Assembly (NCBI GenBank): GCA_010015805.1
Contig: ML978129.1
Location: 1,488,001 to 1,552,000, forward strand
Length of the DNA stretch: 64,000 nt
Direction of reading: 5' to 3'
From: Rhizodiscina lignyota
Lineage: Eukaryota
Below are positions 50,295 through 61,537 of this stretch, piece after piece. Both the position numbers and the translations under genes were made by a program. The notes under the pieces were generated by a model. It did not search any database and was not told the DNA's origin. It saw nothing but the letters and a program-made list of their open reading frames with translations. Within the stretch, counting starts at the first letter, position 1. Each line of letters opens with the position of its first letter.

Positions 50295-52230
50295 ATGGTG
50301 GTCTGCAAATTCTGGCAAGCGGACAAGTGCAGATTCGGAGGTGAGTTGCATATGGAAGCCTACTCCACGTGGTTCTTCAGCTAACCCGTCTGTTAGACGC
50401 GTGCAGATTTGAACACCCAAGTCGACAAGGCGGACAACAAAATCAGCGCCCGCCTCAAAATCAGCATCTGAAAGTCCAGAATCCCGGATTCGGTGGACGT
50501 GGAGGAAAACCCCAATCTTCACATAGTAAGTCAGTTTGCTTCACAGTTTCCTTCCAAAATGAACCTGCATTTATTACACTCTTCAGCACCCAAAGAAATT
50601 ACGGCAAACGATGGCCCCCGTAAGAGTTATTCGCGCAAAGGCACCAGCTTCTTTCTTTCCCTTGAATCGGACCAATTCGGTGGTGTTCCTCTCATTGAGG
50701 GTATCGAAGAGGACTCGTCGTTCTACGACGAAGATTTTCTTGTACATACGTCCTGAGGAAGAAGTTCATCAGGAAGAAATCCTCCCTGATGCAGAAGTTC
50801 ATCAGGAAGAAGATCTCAATGAAGAAGTATCTGACGTAGAAGATCTAGGGCGACAAGACAATCGCCATGACAACCGCTATGACAACCGTCAGGATGGCCG
50901 TCATGACCATCACAACCAAGGCCAACAGCGCTTTGACATGAGAAATCTACCGTACAACCTCGATACTAGAGCGATTCGTCACGAACTTACCAATGAGCTA
51001 CCCATCTGGCCACTCTCCTGCTATGGACCGGGCACCAACGCTCCAAGAATGTTGCTTCACGGATCCATCGAACGGTCTCCGGAGGAGGCGAGAGCTATGT
51101 TCTATCTAGCAGGGCTTCAGGGCAACGTCGACGCCGCAATGCAACACGAGCAAGATCTCTCAATTCAAGCACGCTCGCAGATTAACGCTATTCTGAATGA
51201 CATGGAAGGAGCCTGCAAATACGTTGTGGATGGCAAAGACGGACATCCAAACCGGCTAGACATTGTGCGAGATTCAGTCCAAGGCTCGTTTGGCAACATC
51301 GCTCAAGGTCCCCATAGCGTCTTCGCTAGGGACAGAGACAGAAGCAGACCAGACGCAAATGAGATAAAGCCGTTCCCACACATGCAGGCTGGACCAACAT
51401 CGGGTGGATTCGACAACAACAATGCAGGTGGCCTGAACGCTTTTGGGCAGCTGCCAGCCCAGTCTTCTCCATTCGCACAACCTGGCCCATTCGCGCAGCC
51501 CCAACAGCACTCGCAACCATCCGCTTTCAACCAGCCAGCAGCGTCAGTCTCAGCTTCCCCCTTCGGTCAGCCTTCCATGCTTGGACAGCCTGTCTTCGGT
51601 CAACCCTCTATGCCCCAACAGCAACCGTCCTTCACTCAAACTTCTCTGCTGCAGCAGCAATCGCCTTTCAGCCAACCTTCCATGTCACAGCTACAATCGT
51701 CGTCTGGCCAAGCATCAAATGCTTTCGGCCAAGTTCCACAACAAGACCCCTCTTCATTCGGACAGGCCACAGCGCCAGTTCAGCAAACTGGATTCGCCCC
51801 TGCTCAATTTGGACAGTCAGCAATGCCTGCAAATCCAAACAACTTCGCACAAACTCCTCCCACTTCTAACCCCTTCGGTCAGCAGCACGACCAGTCACAG
51901 CAGTCGGTACAGCAGCCCAACGCCTTCTCTCTGCCTCCAGCTCCTCAGCCAAATGGCGTCCAGCCCCGCGGGCATATGTGGACCGGGGCCCCGCCCGTGC
52001 ACCCGGCATATGGCCCACTATTCCGCACACCAGGTGCCGGTCGCTTCTTCCCCTTTAGGCCGGCATACGATGAAGGGACAGAAGCACCGGCCGCGGAGTA
52101 CGGCGAGGAGGGCTCAGAACGCAGGAGGGTTCTGGAGGAGACTTACAGAAACGCGGTGGAGGCGGGAAAATTCGAGGGCATGGTGCCGGAAATCCCCCCA
52201 TTGGACGGTTGGTGCGACAAGGATTGGTAG
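50295..52230 (+). CDS. AMO1: CCCH zinc-finger FG nucleoporin Amo1 (Nup42/NLP1-like)
   Basis: MVVCKFWQADKCRFG|DACRFEHP; PIWPLSCYGP..ERSPEEAR; FGQ/FAQP repeats; C-terminal F..MVPEIPP; introns 50341-50397 and 50526-50848. Confidence 0.85.
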
Positions 52231-52320
52231 GCGCGGTTGGTAGGTGTGGCTGGTGGGCGTAGTTGGTGGGTGTGGCTGGTGGGCACGGTTCGGTTGGATT
52301 GTTGTCTGCGAGGTGGGCGG

Positions 52321-52419
52321 CCTGGACTTCTACCCCAAGGGCTGCTCGCGGTTGATCGTCCCCTCCCTACGGGAGGGCGAAGGTCCCGCTTGAGCAGCCA
52401 GGGGGGAAGGAGTACCAGG
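52321..52419 (+). other. ~100-nt imperfect GC-rich hairpin downstream of the AMO1 stop
   Basis: CCTGG/CCAGG, ACTTCT/AGGAGT, CCCC/GGGG, GGCTGCTC/GAGCAGCC, GCGG/CCGC, GATC/GGTC and CCCTCCC-TAC-GGGAGGG are nested colinearly. Confidence 0.7.
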
Positions 52420-52960
52420 CGCCCCCTCGGGCAGACTTTAGACTTGTTTTCAGGTGGAATTGATGAGTTTGTTGAAGTGCACAGACTGCACAGTAAAAGT
52501 TTACACGAAGTATCAAATATCAAATATCTTTATCCAAACTTTATACTCCCCATATTCACCCAACTGTTTAACGTGTATGGTATTGTACTATCGACGATGG
52601 TCTCGCCTGAGCTGAAGGACAAAGGTTGTGTTTTCTGTACCCTTTCGATGCCCATCGGGCTCAGAGCGGCATTTGTCACGATTGAGTAGGGCTGCATGTG
52701 GCTTCATCTCTTCTGCACAGCTTGGCACAGAAATGGTGAGATTATACGCCTAGGTTACTAGTAGTACTATCACACTGCCATGGTTTGAAATGAGATATCT
52801 CAGGTTGCCAAACACACCCGTAAGCTGAAAATTCTTGATATTACATCTTAGAGGACTGGAAGAGGGACAGAAATCACAACTGCATCCTAAATAGTAAAAG
52901 ACTAAACTTTCTACCGATGAATGAACCTCCACCCATGAATCTAAGGTCTGACTTAGTGGC

Positions 52961-54322
52961 TCAATGCTCACTTTGGCGTTGGGGAAATTGTCCGATGCTG
53001 CCGGGAAGCTCGCTCACCGGAACACTGTCGGACTCGTATCTTTTTGTCGATTCATCGAGTTCCTGTGACGGATGCTCTGTAAGGGGGGGCTTCTCATACT
53101 GATGGCTTCCGCTGGGGCTGGCGTCGGAGTCTAGTTCGGCGGCCTTGGACATCGTCGCCCGTCTCCTGCGCCTCCACCAGTATGCGAGTGCGGCCAGTAA
53201 GGTAATCAACGCAATCGCTCCAATGACTGGTCCTGCTATCCATGCCTTGTTGTTTGACGGTCTCCGACCTCCGGACGTTGTCTCGGACGTTGTGTTGGAC
53301 GTTGTCGATTTCTGAACAGCCCCGAGAATGAACCCCACTGAGGATGAGTTGACACCGTCAGTCTCGTTCATCAGGTAGCAGTTCTCATATCCATTGTTCA
53401 TATACGTGTCGAATGCGGCGGCGATACAGTGACGACTGTTCCCTTTCGATGTTTCGCTCGCACAGTAGTCCATGCAAGAGTGTACATTATCGAAGTGGCG
53501 AGCAGAGTAGTTTCTGCCTAAAGGTAAGACATCGCATGTGAGGTCAAAGGTCAGGTTCGCAGCTGTCGTGTACTGTCTTTTCGATGGACACTGATCTGTG
53601 AGGTTCGTAATCTGTGCTGGCGCCCATATCCCCTGCGGAGAATATATTAGATTTGAAAGCGGTGAATTCGGTAATTTCGGATAGCAGTTATCCCAACCTC
53701 CGCTCATGTTGAAGTCCCAGACGACGCCGGCGCAAAGCGGATGGTTGGCTGAACAGTGGTTCAAGCATTCATCTAGCGTCTCTGCATGCCATCTGCATAC
53801 TGGATCCGTGTTTGGGCAGAGGTCGAACCCTGGATTGTCGGTATTGCAATTCACCTGAAAAGAGAGGCCGTTGTTCGCACGCCGGAGTTCTCCCTTAGTG
53901 CAGTTGGACGGAAATTCTTGCAATTCTGCGGCAGAGGCGCTTCCGAAGTGGTAGTCCGAGTCGCTGGATGAACCCTCTATGATGGTGTTGTTATCGAGTT
54001 GGAAACACGTCGAATTGGAAACCTGGTACATTACTCTCGCGCACAACACATGGGGGTGTAGTGAGCATTGGTTCAGACAGTCCTCCAGGCTGCTTGCCCA
54101 GGATTGAAAATATGGTGGTGATTCTGACAGCTGTGGGCGCGCGTAGCAAGTTGTTTGGAACGTCATTCCGTTCGGAGTTCTGTAGTTCACAGAGGGGCAT
54201 TCCGATACTGAAGAAGCATTCTGCCTCTTCTCAAAGGGATTGATTGGAACATCGTCGACGACCAATATTGTCCCTCTGGCCAAGACTATTATGTGCAGCA
54301 GCAAAAGAAGAGCGAGAAACAT
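52961..54322 (-). CDS. Type I membrane protein with three PAN/apple-like Cys repeats
   Basis: Signal peptide, Kex2-like KR site, 3x C..Y/R...NG.tF...C...(L/V)..C...C.....C...(NC)Y, Ser/Thr stalk, TM WIAGPVIGAIALITLLAALAYWW followed by RRRRR, and a tail with ELD/ELP motifs. Confidence 0.8.
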   Translation of the reverse strand: MFLALLLLLHIIVLARGTILVVDDVPINPFEKRQNASSVSECPSVNYRTPNGMTFQTTCYARPQLSESPPYFQSWASSLEDCLNQCSLHPHVLCARVMYQVSNSTCFQLDNNTIIEGSSSDSDYHFGSASAAELQEFPSNCTKGELRRANNGLSFQVNCNTDNPGFDLCPNTDPVCRWHAETLDECLNHCSANHPLCAGVVWDFNMSGGWDNCYPKLPNSPLSNLIYSPQGIWAPAQITNLTDQCPSKRQYTTAANLTFDLTCDVLPLGRNYSARHFDNVHSCMDYCASETSKGNSRHCIAAAFDTYMNNGYENCYLMNETDGVNSSSVGFILGAVQKSTTSNTTSETTSGGRRPSNNKAWIAGPVIGAIALITLLAALAYWWRRRRRATMSKAAELDSDASPSGSHQYEKPPLTEHPSQELDESTKRYESDSVPVSELPGSIGQFPQRQSEH

Positions 54323-55422
54323 GTCTGCAATTGTCCCATTGCACAGAATCGCAACAGTTCAGAGAAAAAAGATGTGAAGTAACGACAGACAATATAAAAT
54401 CTACTGAAACTCGGTTTATGGGATGAATTGATGCCAGTCATAAGAGTGCCATCCTCCGAAGTTCAGTTTACATAGCCGAATGTTCCCAGAGGAATAATAA
54501 TTGCGGAGCATTTGACATAGGTGGGCATAGAGCCGCACACTTGGCCGTTGGCTTGCGGAGTATTGCCTGCAAATCCCTTGGGCGCCTGGTTGGAGCCATA
54601 TGCTGGAAGAAGCTGCAATGAGCTGAAGCATTACCAAATTAGCCGATGGCCAAAACGAGAAAAATGGAGCGCTCCGAAGAAGAAGGATTTCTCGGCGGCA
54701 ATCATATTCCATTTCCATGATTCATCCTGCTGAGAGGTGAGGGAGTAAAATTGAGTGGCTTATTATATAGTCTGGCAGTTGGTGAACAAAGGAGTGAGGA
54801 CGGATTGAAAGGGTCGATCGAACGGTTCTCTTGAAAGGGGGCTGAACCTCGGCATTTATCACTCTTTACGGATACGAAGACCTAAAAACTTATATTCAAT
54901 CAGAATATCATGCGATCAAACCTACCGTGCGATCGCCGTTAAGCACTTCTTCAATCTATCATTCTGAAAGCAATGCTTCTTGATCGGAGTCCGATTTGAC
55001 TCCGGGACACAATGTCTCGCGTCGCGGCGTTCGCGAGCTGGAATGGCTCTGCAGTGGCTTCAATTGGATCTGCAGGCCTGTCATGAGTCGTGAATCGTGA
55101 CGCATAATCTCGAACAGGACGTATCTAATTATAAGATGCCAATACACCGCTAGTAATTCCCACCTATGATTCTTCTGACTTTTACGAGACATTGCACGGA
55201 TCTCCGTATGCGGCGCATTGGTTACGGTAGCGCTTGGACTAATTATGGTGAAGAAGAAGGCTCAATCCAATTTTAGGTATATCTTTTCAAGAGTCGACCA
55301 AGATTAACTGCTGATACTAGACAAAGAATGGCAAAGGTATGCAAGTACCTTCTCAAGAACTCATGTAATAATTTAGCCTTTCATTTGTACGCTTGACAAG
55401 CCATCACCTGGATATTTACGAA

Positions 55423-57498
55423 TCAATACAAGTACACAAGGCAACTCTCGGGCTCATAAGCCAACCAGTCGCCATGATAAATCAACATGGGGGCACCGAT
55501 TCTCTCTGCAAAAACGCTCTTGTATTCGAATCGATCTTCCGCCAAGTGCCTGGTGGGCTTGACATGACGGGCTGGAGCACGCATCTCGACCGGTAAGATG
55601 GTGCAGTATGAAGGGGTGATCGCCAGAAGGATGAAAGTTGTGCGTTGCGGAATGCTTGGAGGCTCATCCGCATCCAGATGCTCACCGCTCTTATTTGCGT
55701 CGGACTGCCGTGGATGAGTGTTTGCCGAAAGTGTTGCTGCCTCCTCATCGACTCCAGTCGGTTCGGTGTTTGTCGAAATTGTAGGGGACCAGTCCATGGA
55801 GATCATACCACTCGAGAAAGTAAGTACTCGGTTACACTCTCTACCGAAGCTCTCTTTGACATCTTTTACGGGATAATCGCTAGTGAGCCAACGGAAAACT
55901 TCGTGTTCCCGAAATGCATCGCTGACATAGGACAGTATATTGCTGCTAACTCTCCAGCATGGATAAAATTCTGTTGTTGCCCTGCGGACCCAGCGCCCGT
56001 GTAGTTCGGGGTAATGTTCTAGTAACTGTGCATCATACACCTTTTCCTTCCACGTGTATATTCTCGGCGTCGTTGAACTGGTTGTAGGTCCCGATTGTCC
56101 GGCAAATATTAGGCCTGAGCTCTCGGCGGTGGAGGAAGAAACTCTCGTCCAGCCAGCCCAGGACCAACTTGGAAAGGCAGGGATACGTACAAATTGGCCG
56201 TTCATCTTCCATGTGAGCATGATTCCCAGGTTGATCAATGGACAACCCCAAACAAAGACGCCTACGTGGTTGGTCAACGCGCTTGTAACACCTTCAAACG
56301 CTCTTAGCTTGTCGTTCAAGAACCTCATGTTCCTCGTGACATACAGAGCCAGGAGTTTCATAAAGACATTTTCAAGCAAGTAATCGGCGGATCTGTGGGC
56401 AGCGGAGGGTATAAGAGCATCAGGTAGCAGCGAACGTTCCTTGCCACCGATCTTCTCCGTGAACATTCCGGGCAGATCTTCTTGTCTCATCCCATCAGCG
56501 CAAGAGTAGAATATCTGTCGTGAGGTGAAGATCAAGCGGCGGTGGGAAAGAGCGTACTCCTGCAAGGTCCAAGCTCGTGAGTTCCATGTGGAACTGAGGA
56601 TTTCGTTCCGTCCCAACGCCAATGTCGTGCCGATCTGGACTCCCTGTGCTTGGCCGATGTACTGGACCGCCTCGCGGGATTGAATTGAAGGTATACCATG
56701 ATTGGAGTCATCCCCGGCTGCAACGATTATCGTCAAATAAGCCATTCGGTAGATTGCATCCATATTTTGAGTCTGGGATGTGACCTCTGCAGGTGAGTCC
56801 TGGACAATACAGAGGCTGTCAACCCAGAGATACCGCAGTCCCAGCAATTGACACACGGATATGGCATCTCTGATCGTTGCAGGGAGCTGAACGTCCAACA
56901 AGCTTCCAGGATCCTTCCAATCAAAAATCTTTGCAAGACTGAGCTTGAGCTGATCGACTTTGCCCCATACATAACTCAGGGCCGTATAGCGACACTCTCG
57001 TGGCATCCGTACGATGCAATGCTTTTCGACGTCGATAACGCGAAACCCTACAAATTTTTTCTCCCACCTAGGTCTTGAAGTACAGTCTACATGGGAACTA
57101 TCGCAGATCGCCAGCCACGATCGAATAAGTTCGCCGTTAAAGTTTGTGGATAGAACCCGTCTTGCCTCAAGTCGATACCTTTTGGAAACGGACGTCCTGT
57201 GGAGTGCGATCGGTAGCACGAAATAAGGGGAGATTACCGTCTTGGACGTCTTTGGAACTTCAAAGGTGAATGACAATGCGAATTCATTCCGAGCCGGGCG
57301 TTTCAGAGTGCCAATAGCGTCCCATTCCCTCGTCATCTCGGCGCCGGTCGCGCGCTTGAACATCCAGAGGATCGCTCGACAGATATCGCAGGCGCGATTG
57401 CTCGAGACCTGTCGGTAGGTCCATCTCAGAGGTAAGTGGCTAGTCCCAGAACTAAACGCCTCATGGAGGTTGAGGTACTCGCAGGCATGGATCGTCAT
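55423..57498 (-). CDS. HET-domain (heterokaryon incompatibility, TOL-like) protein
   Basis: RVIDV, YTALSYVWG, LPATIRDAI, YLWVDSLCIVQD, MDAIY, WNSRAWTLQE and FPSWSWAGW. Confidence 0.95.
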   Translation of the reverse strand: MTIHACEYLNLHEAFSSGTSHLPLRWTYRQVSSNRACDICRAILWMFKRATGAEMTREWDAIGTLKRPARNEFALSFTFEVPKTSKTVISPYFVLPIALHRTSVSKRYRLEARRVLSTNFNGELIRSWLAICDSSHVDCTSRPRWEKKFVGFRVIDVEKHCIVRMPRECRYTALSYVWGKVDQLKLSLAKIFDWKDPGSLLDVQLPATIRDAISVCQLLGLRYLWVDSLCIVQDSPAEVTSQTQNMDAIYRMAYLTIIVAAGDDSNHGIPSIQSREAVQYIGQAQGVQIGTTLALGRNEILSSTWNSRAWTLQEYALSHRRLIFTSRQIFYSCADGMRQEDLPGMFTEKIGGKERSLLPDALIPSAAHRSADYLLENVFMKLLALYVTRNMRFLNDKLRAFEGVTSALTNHVGVFVWGCPLINLGIMLTWKMNGQFVRIPAFPSWSWAGWTRVSSSTAESSGLIFAGQSGPTTSSTTPRIYTWKEKVYDAQLLEHYPELHGRWVRRATTEFYPCWRVSSNILSYVSDAFREHEVFRWLTSDYPVKDVKESFGRECNRVLTFSSGMISMDWSPTISTNTEPTGVDEEAATLSANTHPRQSDANKSGEHLDADEPPSIPQRTTFILLAITPSYCTILPVEMRAPARHVKPTRHLAEDRFEYKSVFAERIGAPMLIYHGDWLAYEPESCLVYLY

Positions 57499-57946
57499 CG
57501 GCTTCGGTCAGCATTGGTTGAATAAGATGAAATCCCGCTCTAACAGAAACTCGAGGATCACATCTTAAAGATACTGTTCAACTGAAATCATGTCTCATAA
57601 GACAATGTATGTACATGACGGTATGAAAGGAATAAGGACGCGATCCAGTGTTGCGACGCGACCGCGTTTTGACTTCTCTAAGCGCCCAGTCGCATGCTGG
57701 GTTAGAATATTGCTTCGCCACACTATATCGTAGTCTAAGGCCAATCGATGTTACGAACAAGAGTTTGATTTGCTGAGAGCGACGCCATCTCTGCAGCGCA
57801 CAAAGAGTAGGCTAGAGCTGAACAGTAGGTGGGAGCATGGTTAGGGGCATGGGGCGGGGCTTCGTTGTTGCCTTGCAAGCCCGATTAGGTTTAGCGCCGA
57901 GGAGTCTTCTAGTTCATGCAAACCGCAGACGAGCTTCCAGCCCTTT

Positions 57947-58129
57947 CTAGAACAAAGCCATGAACTTGTCGATCAAGTTGAGCGCAAGCCCGACCGCCCC
58001 TACAGTCATGTCGACGTAGAAATTCATCCTTCGGCGGCGCTCGTTCTCGGCAGCAGCAGCTTCAAGTATCCCAATGGTTCCTTCGAGGACGACTCCCGCC
58101 AAATTCTTGTTTTCTTCAGCGGAAGGCAT
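57947..58129 (-). CDS. Small 60-aa protein with a hydrophobic/amphipathic C-terminal helix
   Basis: ATG in a typical fungal context (AACCAACAATG) behind a C/A/T-rich leader; protein-like composition. No family recognised. Confidence 0.5.
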   Translation of the reverse strand: MPSAEENKNLAGVVLEGTIGILEAAAAENERRRRMNFYVDMTVGAVGLALNLIDKFMALF

Positions 58130-58835
58130 TGTTGGTTTCCTTTGTTAAGTGTGAGATTGTTTAAGGTGCAAGATTAAAAGGTGAACAGTGAGTTAACTGC
58201 GACAGGTGTGGGTGGTCCCGAGTCGTTTGTTCGAGGCTGATGGAGAAAGAATGCATTTCGAGAAGCAGAAAGGAATTGGATTTGGTGAGATTTGATGAAA
58301 CTGTGTTGAATTTGAAGTGTTGCGAGTCCATCACTTCACAGCAAAATAGATGAAGCATGGAGCCTTCTATTCAGTGTAGCTAAAGTTCTGAGATGTGCTC
58401 TACTAGACCTCAGAGGGCCCTTAAGCGGGACAAAGAAATCACTTAAGGTAAAACAATGGTTATTGTGCCTTGGAACCTCCGAAAGCTGTCTTAAAGTGTT
58501 TACGGCACGGAATACTTTGCGAAACACTCTTCCACTAATAGCAATATTATTGCCGAGATGAGGGTAGTTTTCGCCGTTTACCATTGTTACCGCCAGATAT
58601 CTCCGAGCAGGTCTTCGGATGGAGAATTACTAGCGTGCAAACGCACCCCACATTTTCATTCCAACCTCGCTTCCGCGGAAAGGGCAAGCCCGATCTCAGT
58701 AGTAGCACGTTGCATGTCGATGATGGCATCTCCTGCTGTGAATTGTTGTTTGTCTTTGTTCATCAGGTACTACCAAGTCATTTGTGCCTTATCCAATATC
58801 CAATCCTTCGAACAACAATTTCAATAATTGAGAAA

Positions 58836-59729
58836 ATGTCACAGCACGGCCCTGTGGAAGACTTCTCCATTAAAGGCAAGATCGTTCTCGTTACTGGTGG
58901 TGGTAGTGGCATTGGTTTCGCCTTCGCACGTCTCTGCCACGAAAAGGGAGCCCGAGTGCTGATTGGCGACCTCAAGCTCCTCGAGGAAGCCCAAAGCTAT
59001 GTCTCGTCGCAATCAAAGGCCGAGATATGCTTCGAGGCATGCGATGTGACATCGTGGAAGTCGATGCACAATCTCATATCTTTCTCCGTCAAGACATTCG
59101 GTGATGTGCCTGATGTGTACGCGCCTGTGGCTGGAGTCTTGGATCCATCTTGGTCTAATTTCTGGGACGATACGGAAGCGGAAACCTACAAGACAATACA
59201 GATCAACTTACATCACCCTATCAAGTTGACTCGCCTTGCGATTCGTGCACTAGCGTCTGCCAACAAGAAAGGGGTGGTCTGCCTCGTATCATCATCAGCT
59301 GGTATCCGCGGCAACTACATGATTCCGGTTTACGTGGCCACAAAGCACGGCGTAGTTGGCTTTGCCAAGTCCTTGAGCAAAGCCGATAAAGATGAAGGTG
59401 TCAAAATCGTGTGCGTTATGCCTGGAACGGTGAAAAGCGCGCTGTGGGAGGATCGAGACGACAATATCTCGACAGCGACCAAGTACAGCGAAAGAACCCT
59501 AATGGCCCCGAGCACGATCGGAGACATAATGCTCAGGATGGTAGAGGGTAGTGAGTATAGCGGTGGCACATGCGTATTGAAGACTGCTTGGGAAGAGAAG
59601 GTGGTCGAGGAGGGATGGCGTAAGCAAGAAACCAAATACGATCCGAGCCCACGACCTGAACCAGATTTAAGTCATATCACCGATGTCATCAACGGTGAAC
59701 GGGGAAAGAAGTGGGAGCCACTCGCGTGA
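58836..59729 (+). CDS. Short-chain dehydrogenase/reductase
   Basis: TGGGSGIG, CDVT, catalytic YVATK, PGTVKS. The likely start is MSQHGP at 58836. Confidence 0.92.
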   Translation: MSQHGPVEDFSIKGKIVLVTGGGSGIGFAFARLCHEKGARVLIGDLKLLEEAQSYVSSQSKAEICFEACDVTSWKSMHNLISFSVKTFGDVPDVYAPVAGVLDPSWSNFWDDTEAETYKTIQINLHHPIKLTRLAIRALASANKKGVVCLVSSSAGIRGNYMIPVYVATKHGVVGFAKSLSKADKDEGVKIVCVMPGTVKSALWEDRDDNISTATKYSERTLMAPSTIGDIMLRMVEGSEYSGGTCVLKTAWEEKVVEEGWRKQETKYDPSPRPEPDLSHITDVINGERGKKWEPLA

Positions 59730-59844
59730 AATTGTAGAGGTAGAATCTGATAATCAATTACCCTCGAAGACCTTGTCTTGTCCTTTGTGGCAGTCTTGCA
59801 GAATTGATCCCAAGACTCTTGAGCCAGGCCACTACGCCCGCTCA

Positions 59845-61537
59845 TCACGCCGGCCTCCATTCATAATGGTGTTTCCCCTTCTTTACCTCACCGGGATCAT
59901 CTGGACCTCCGACTATATCGAAAGAGTGCGCACCGAAGAAGTCCATCTCGGCTTCCATGAATTGCGTCGGTAATTTCGGTCCAGCACAGAACTTAAGGTA
60001 TTCCAAACTATTTTCTCGGGTTAGCAATCCCAAATGCATCACGGACGGAGGTTCGCACCTAGCGGAAAGCGATGGGACGTAAGCATCCCACTCTGTCGCT
60101 TTCAAAATGATCTGCTTCAAGGCGGGATAAGTTCTGTGTAGATCAGCTGCCACTTCTCGGATGAGCTTGATGTTCATAATCCGCTGGTGTGCTGCGTTCG
60201 AAAGAGCCCTCAGTAACATGTCTGAGATGTAGTCGGACTGAATGATGCAGCCTCCACGCCAGCACTTGACTAGCATTGCGAGGTCGACGTTCCAATTCTC
60301 ATCCTTCGATGCTCGTGCAATGAGTTCCAGTCCTTGACAAAATGAGCAGAGGAACGAAGCGTAAACTGCTAAGCGGAGGGTTTCGATGAATGCTGCTTTA
60401 TCCTCGCTCGGCACTAGTTTAGGCTGCGGTATGTGTAGCGCTTCGACGACCTTCAGTCGTTGAGCTCGGTCGGCGCTTGCGACGCGAAAGAATTGGGATG
60501 CAGCGATTGTTGGTATAGAAACGTGACGATCAGCGCCTTCTTCCACGCTCCAGAAGAATGTTCCTGTATCACTGTTAGATCAGCATGAAGCAAATACTTT
60601 ATAATGAGGTCTCTCGCCTTCAGTATTGTCGGCGTCCTGCACAACCTTGTCTACAATATCATCAAGCACATAGCCTTCCGTCCCGACGCCTTCTCCTCGC
60701 CCGTCACCTTCTGGAGTTTTCCGCCGCTGGCATATTTCGGATCCAATCTGAATAAGATAATTATCTTTAAGCTCTCCTTGGCCTATCGATGTAGAAAGCT
60801 TAGTCAGTCCCTGAATTATATTCAAACAAGATCCACTCACTGTTCCAATCTTCAAACACTTTGCCAATTTCGTCGTTCTCCATTCCCAGGCACTTCTTCA
60901 TCAAGCCCCATGCTTCACATGCACCGCTCAGAATTCCGGTCTCGACACCGTTGTGAATCATTTTGACATAGTTACCAGATCCTCGCGGGCCAATGTAGTC
61001 CACACACGGTTCGCCTGTCCTTCTATCCGTGGCTGCCACCCTCCTCAAGAACGGCAGCACAGAACGGACTGCCTCCTCGTCACCTCCGGGCATCAGGCTG
61101 CCCCCACGTCTCGCAGCCTGATATCCGCCGCTAATGCCCATACCAACCCAATTTACACCATGTTTGGTAAGGCGATCCTGCCGCCGCTCGGTCCTGCGGT
61201 AGTGCTCGTTCCCAGCATCCAACATGACGTCGCCTGCTCTCAGCAAACCGGCCTGTTCGAGCTTGTCGAGGACAGAGTCCGCAGCACCGTGCGTGATCGA
61301 GAATAAAAACAGACGCCGTGAAGATCCCAAGCTCTTTGCAAATTCCGTCAGATCGTGAAACCCGGCGACATCCTTCCTTTCATTCTTGTCTTCCTTTGCC
61401 CATTTCACGGCACGGTCGACGGACGCGGCATTAATGTCCCATATGGATACTGCCATGCCCCGTTCGCTGAAACCCACGGCCATGGAGGAGCCCATGTTTC
61501 CGGCACCGATTATACCGATACGCTCGTAGTCAGCCAT
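59845..61537 (-). CDS. 6-phosphogluconate dehydrogenase (decarboxylating), divergent paralog
   Basis: GAGNMG, DAGNEHY, GMGISGG, SLMPGG, YVKMIHNGVE, WRGGCII and MDFFGAH; 3 introns, one of them GC-AG. Confidence 0.92.

Noticed and set aside
1411..52230. Two nucleoporin genes (NUP37, AMO1) in one window
   Set aside because: They are about 47 kb apart with unrelated genes between them; no evidence of clustering.
16448..60058. Several stop-free introns of 3n length (RXT3, GPCR, GST, 6PGD) that the ORF track reads through
   Set aside because: Expected by chance among short introns; canonical splice signals and homology favour normal splicing.
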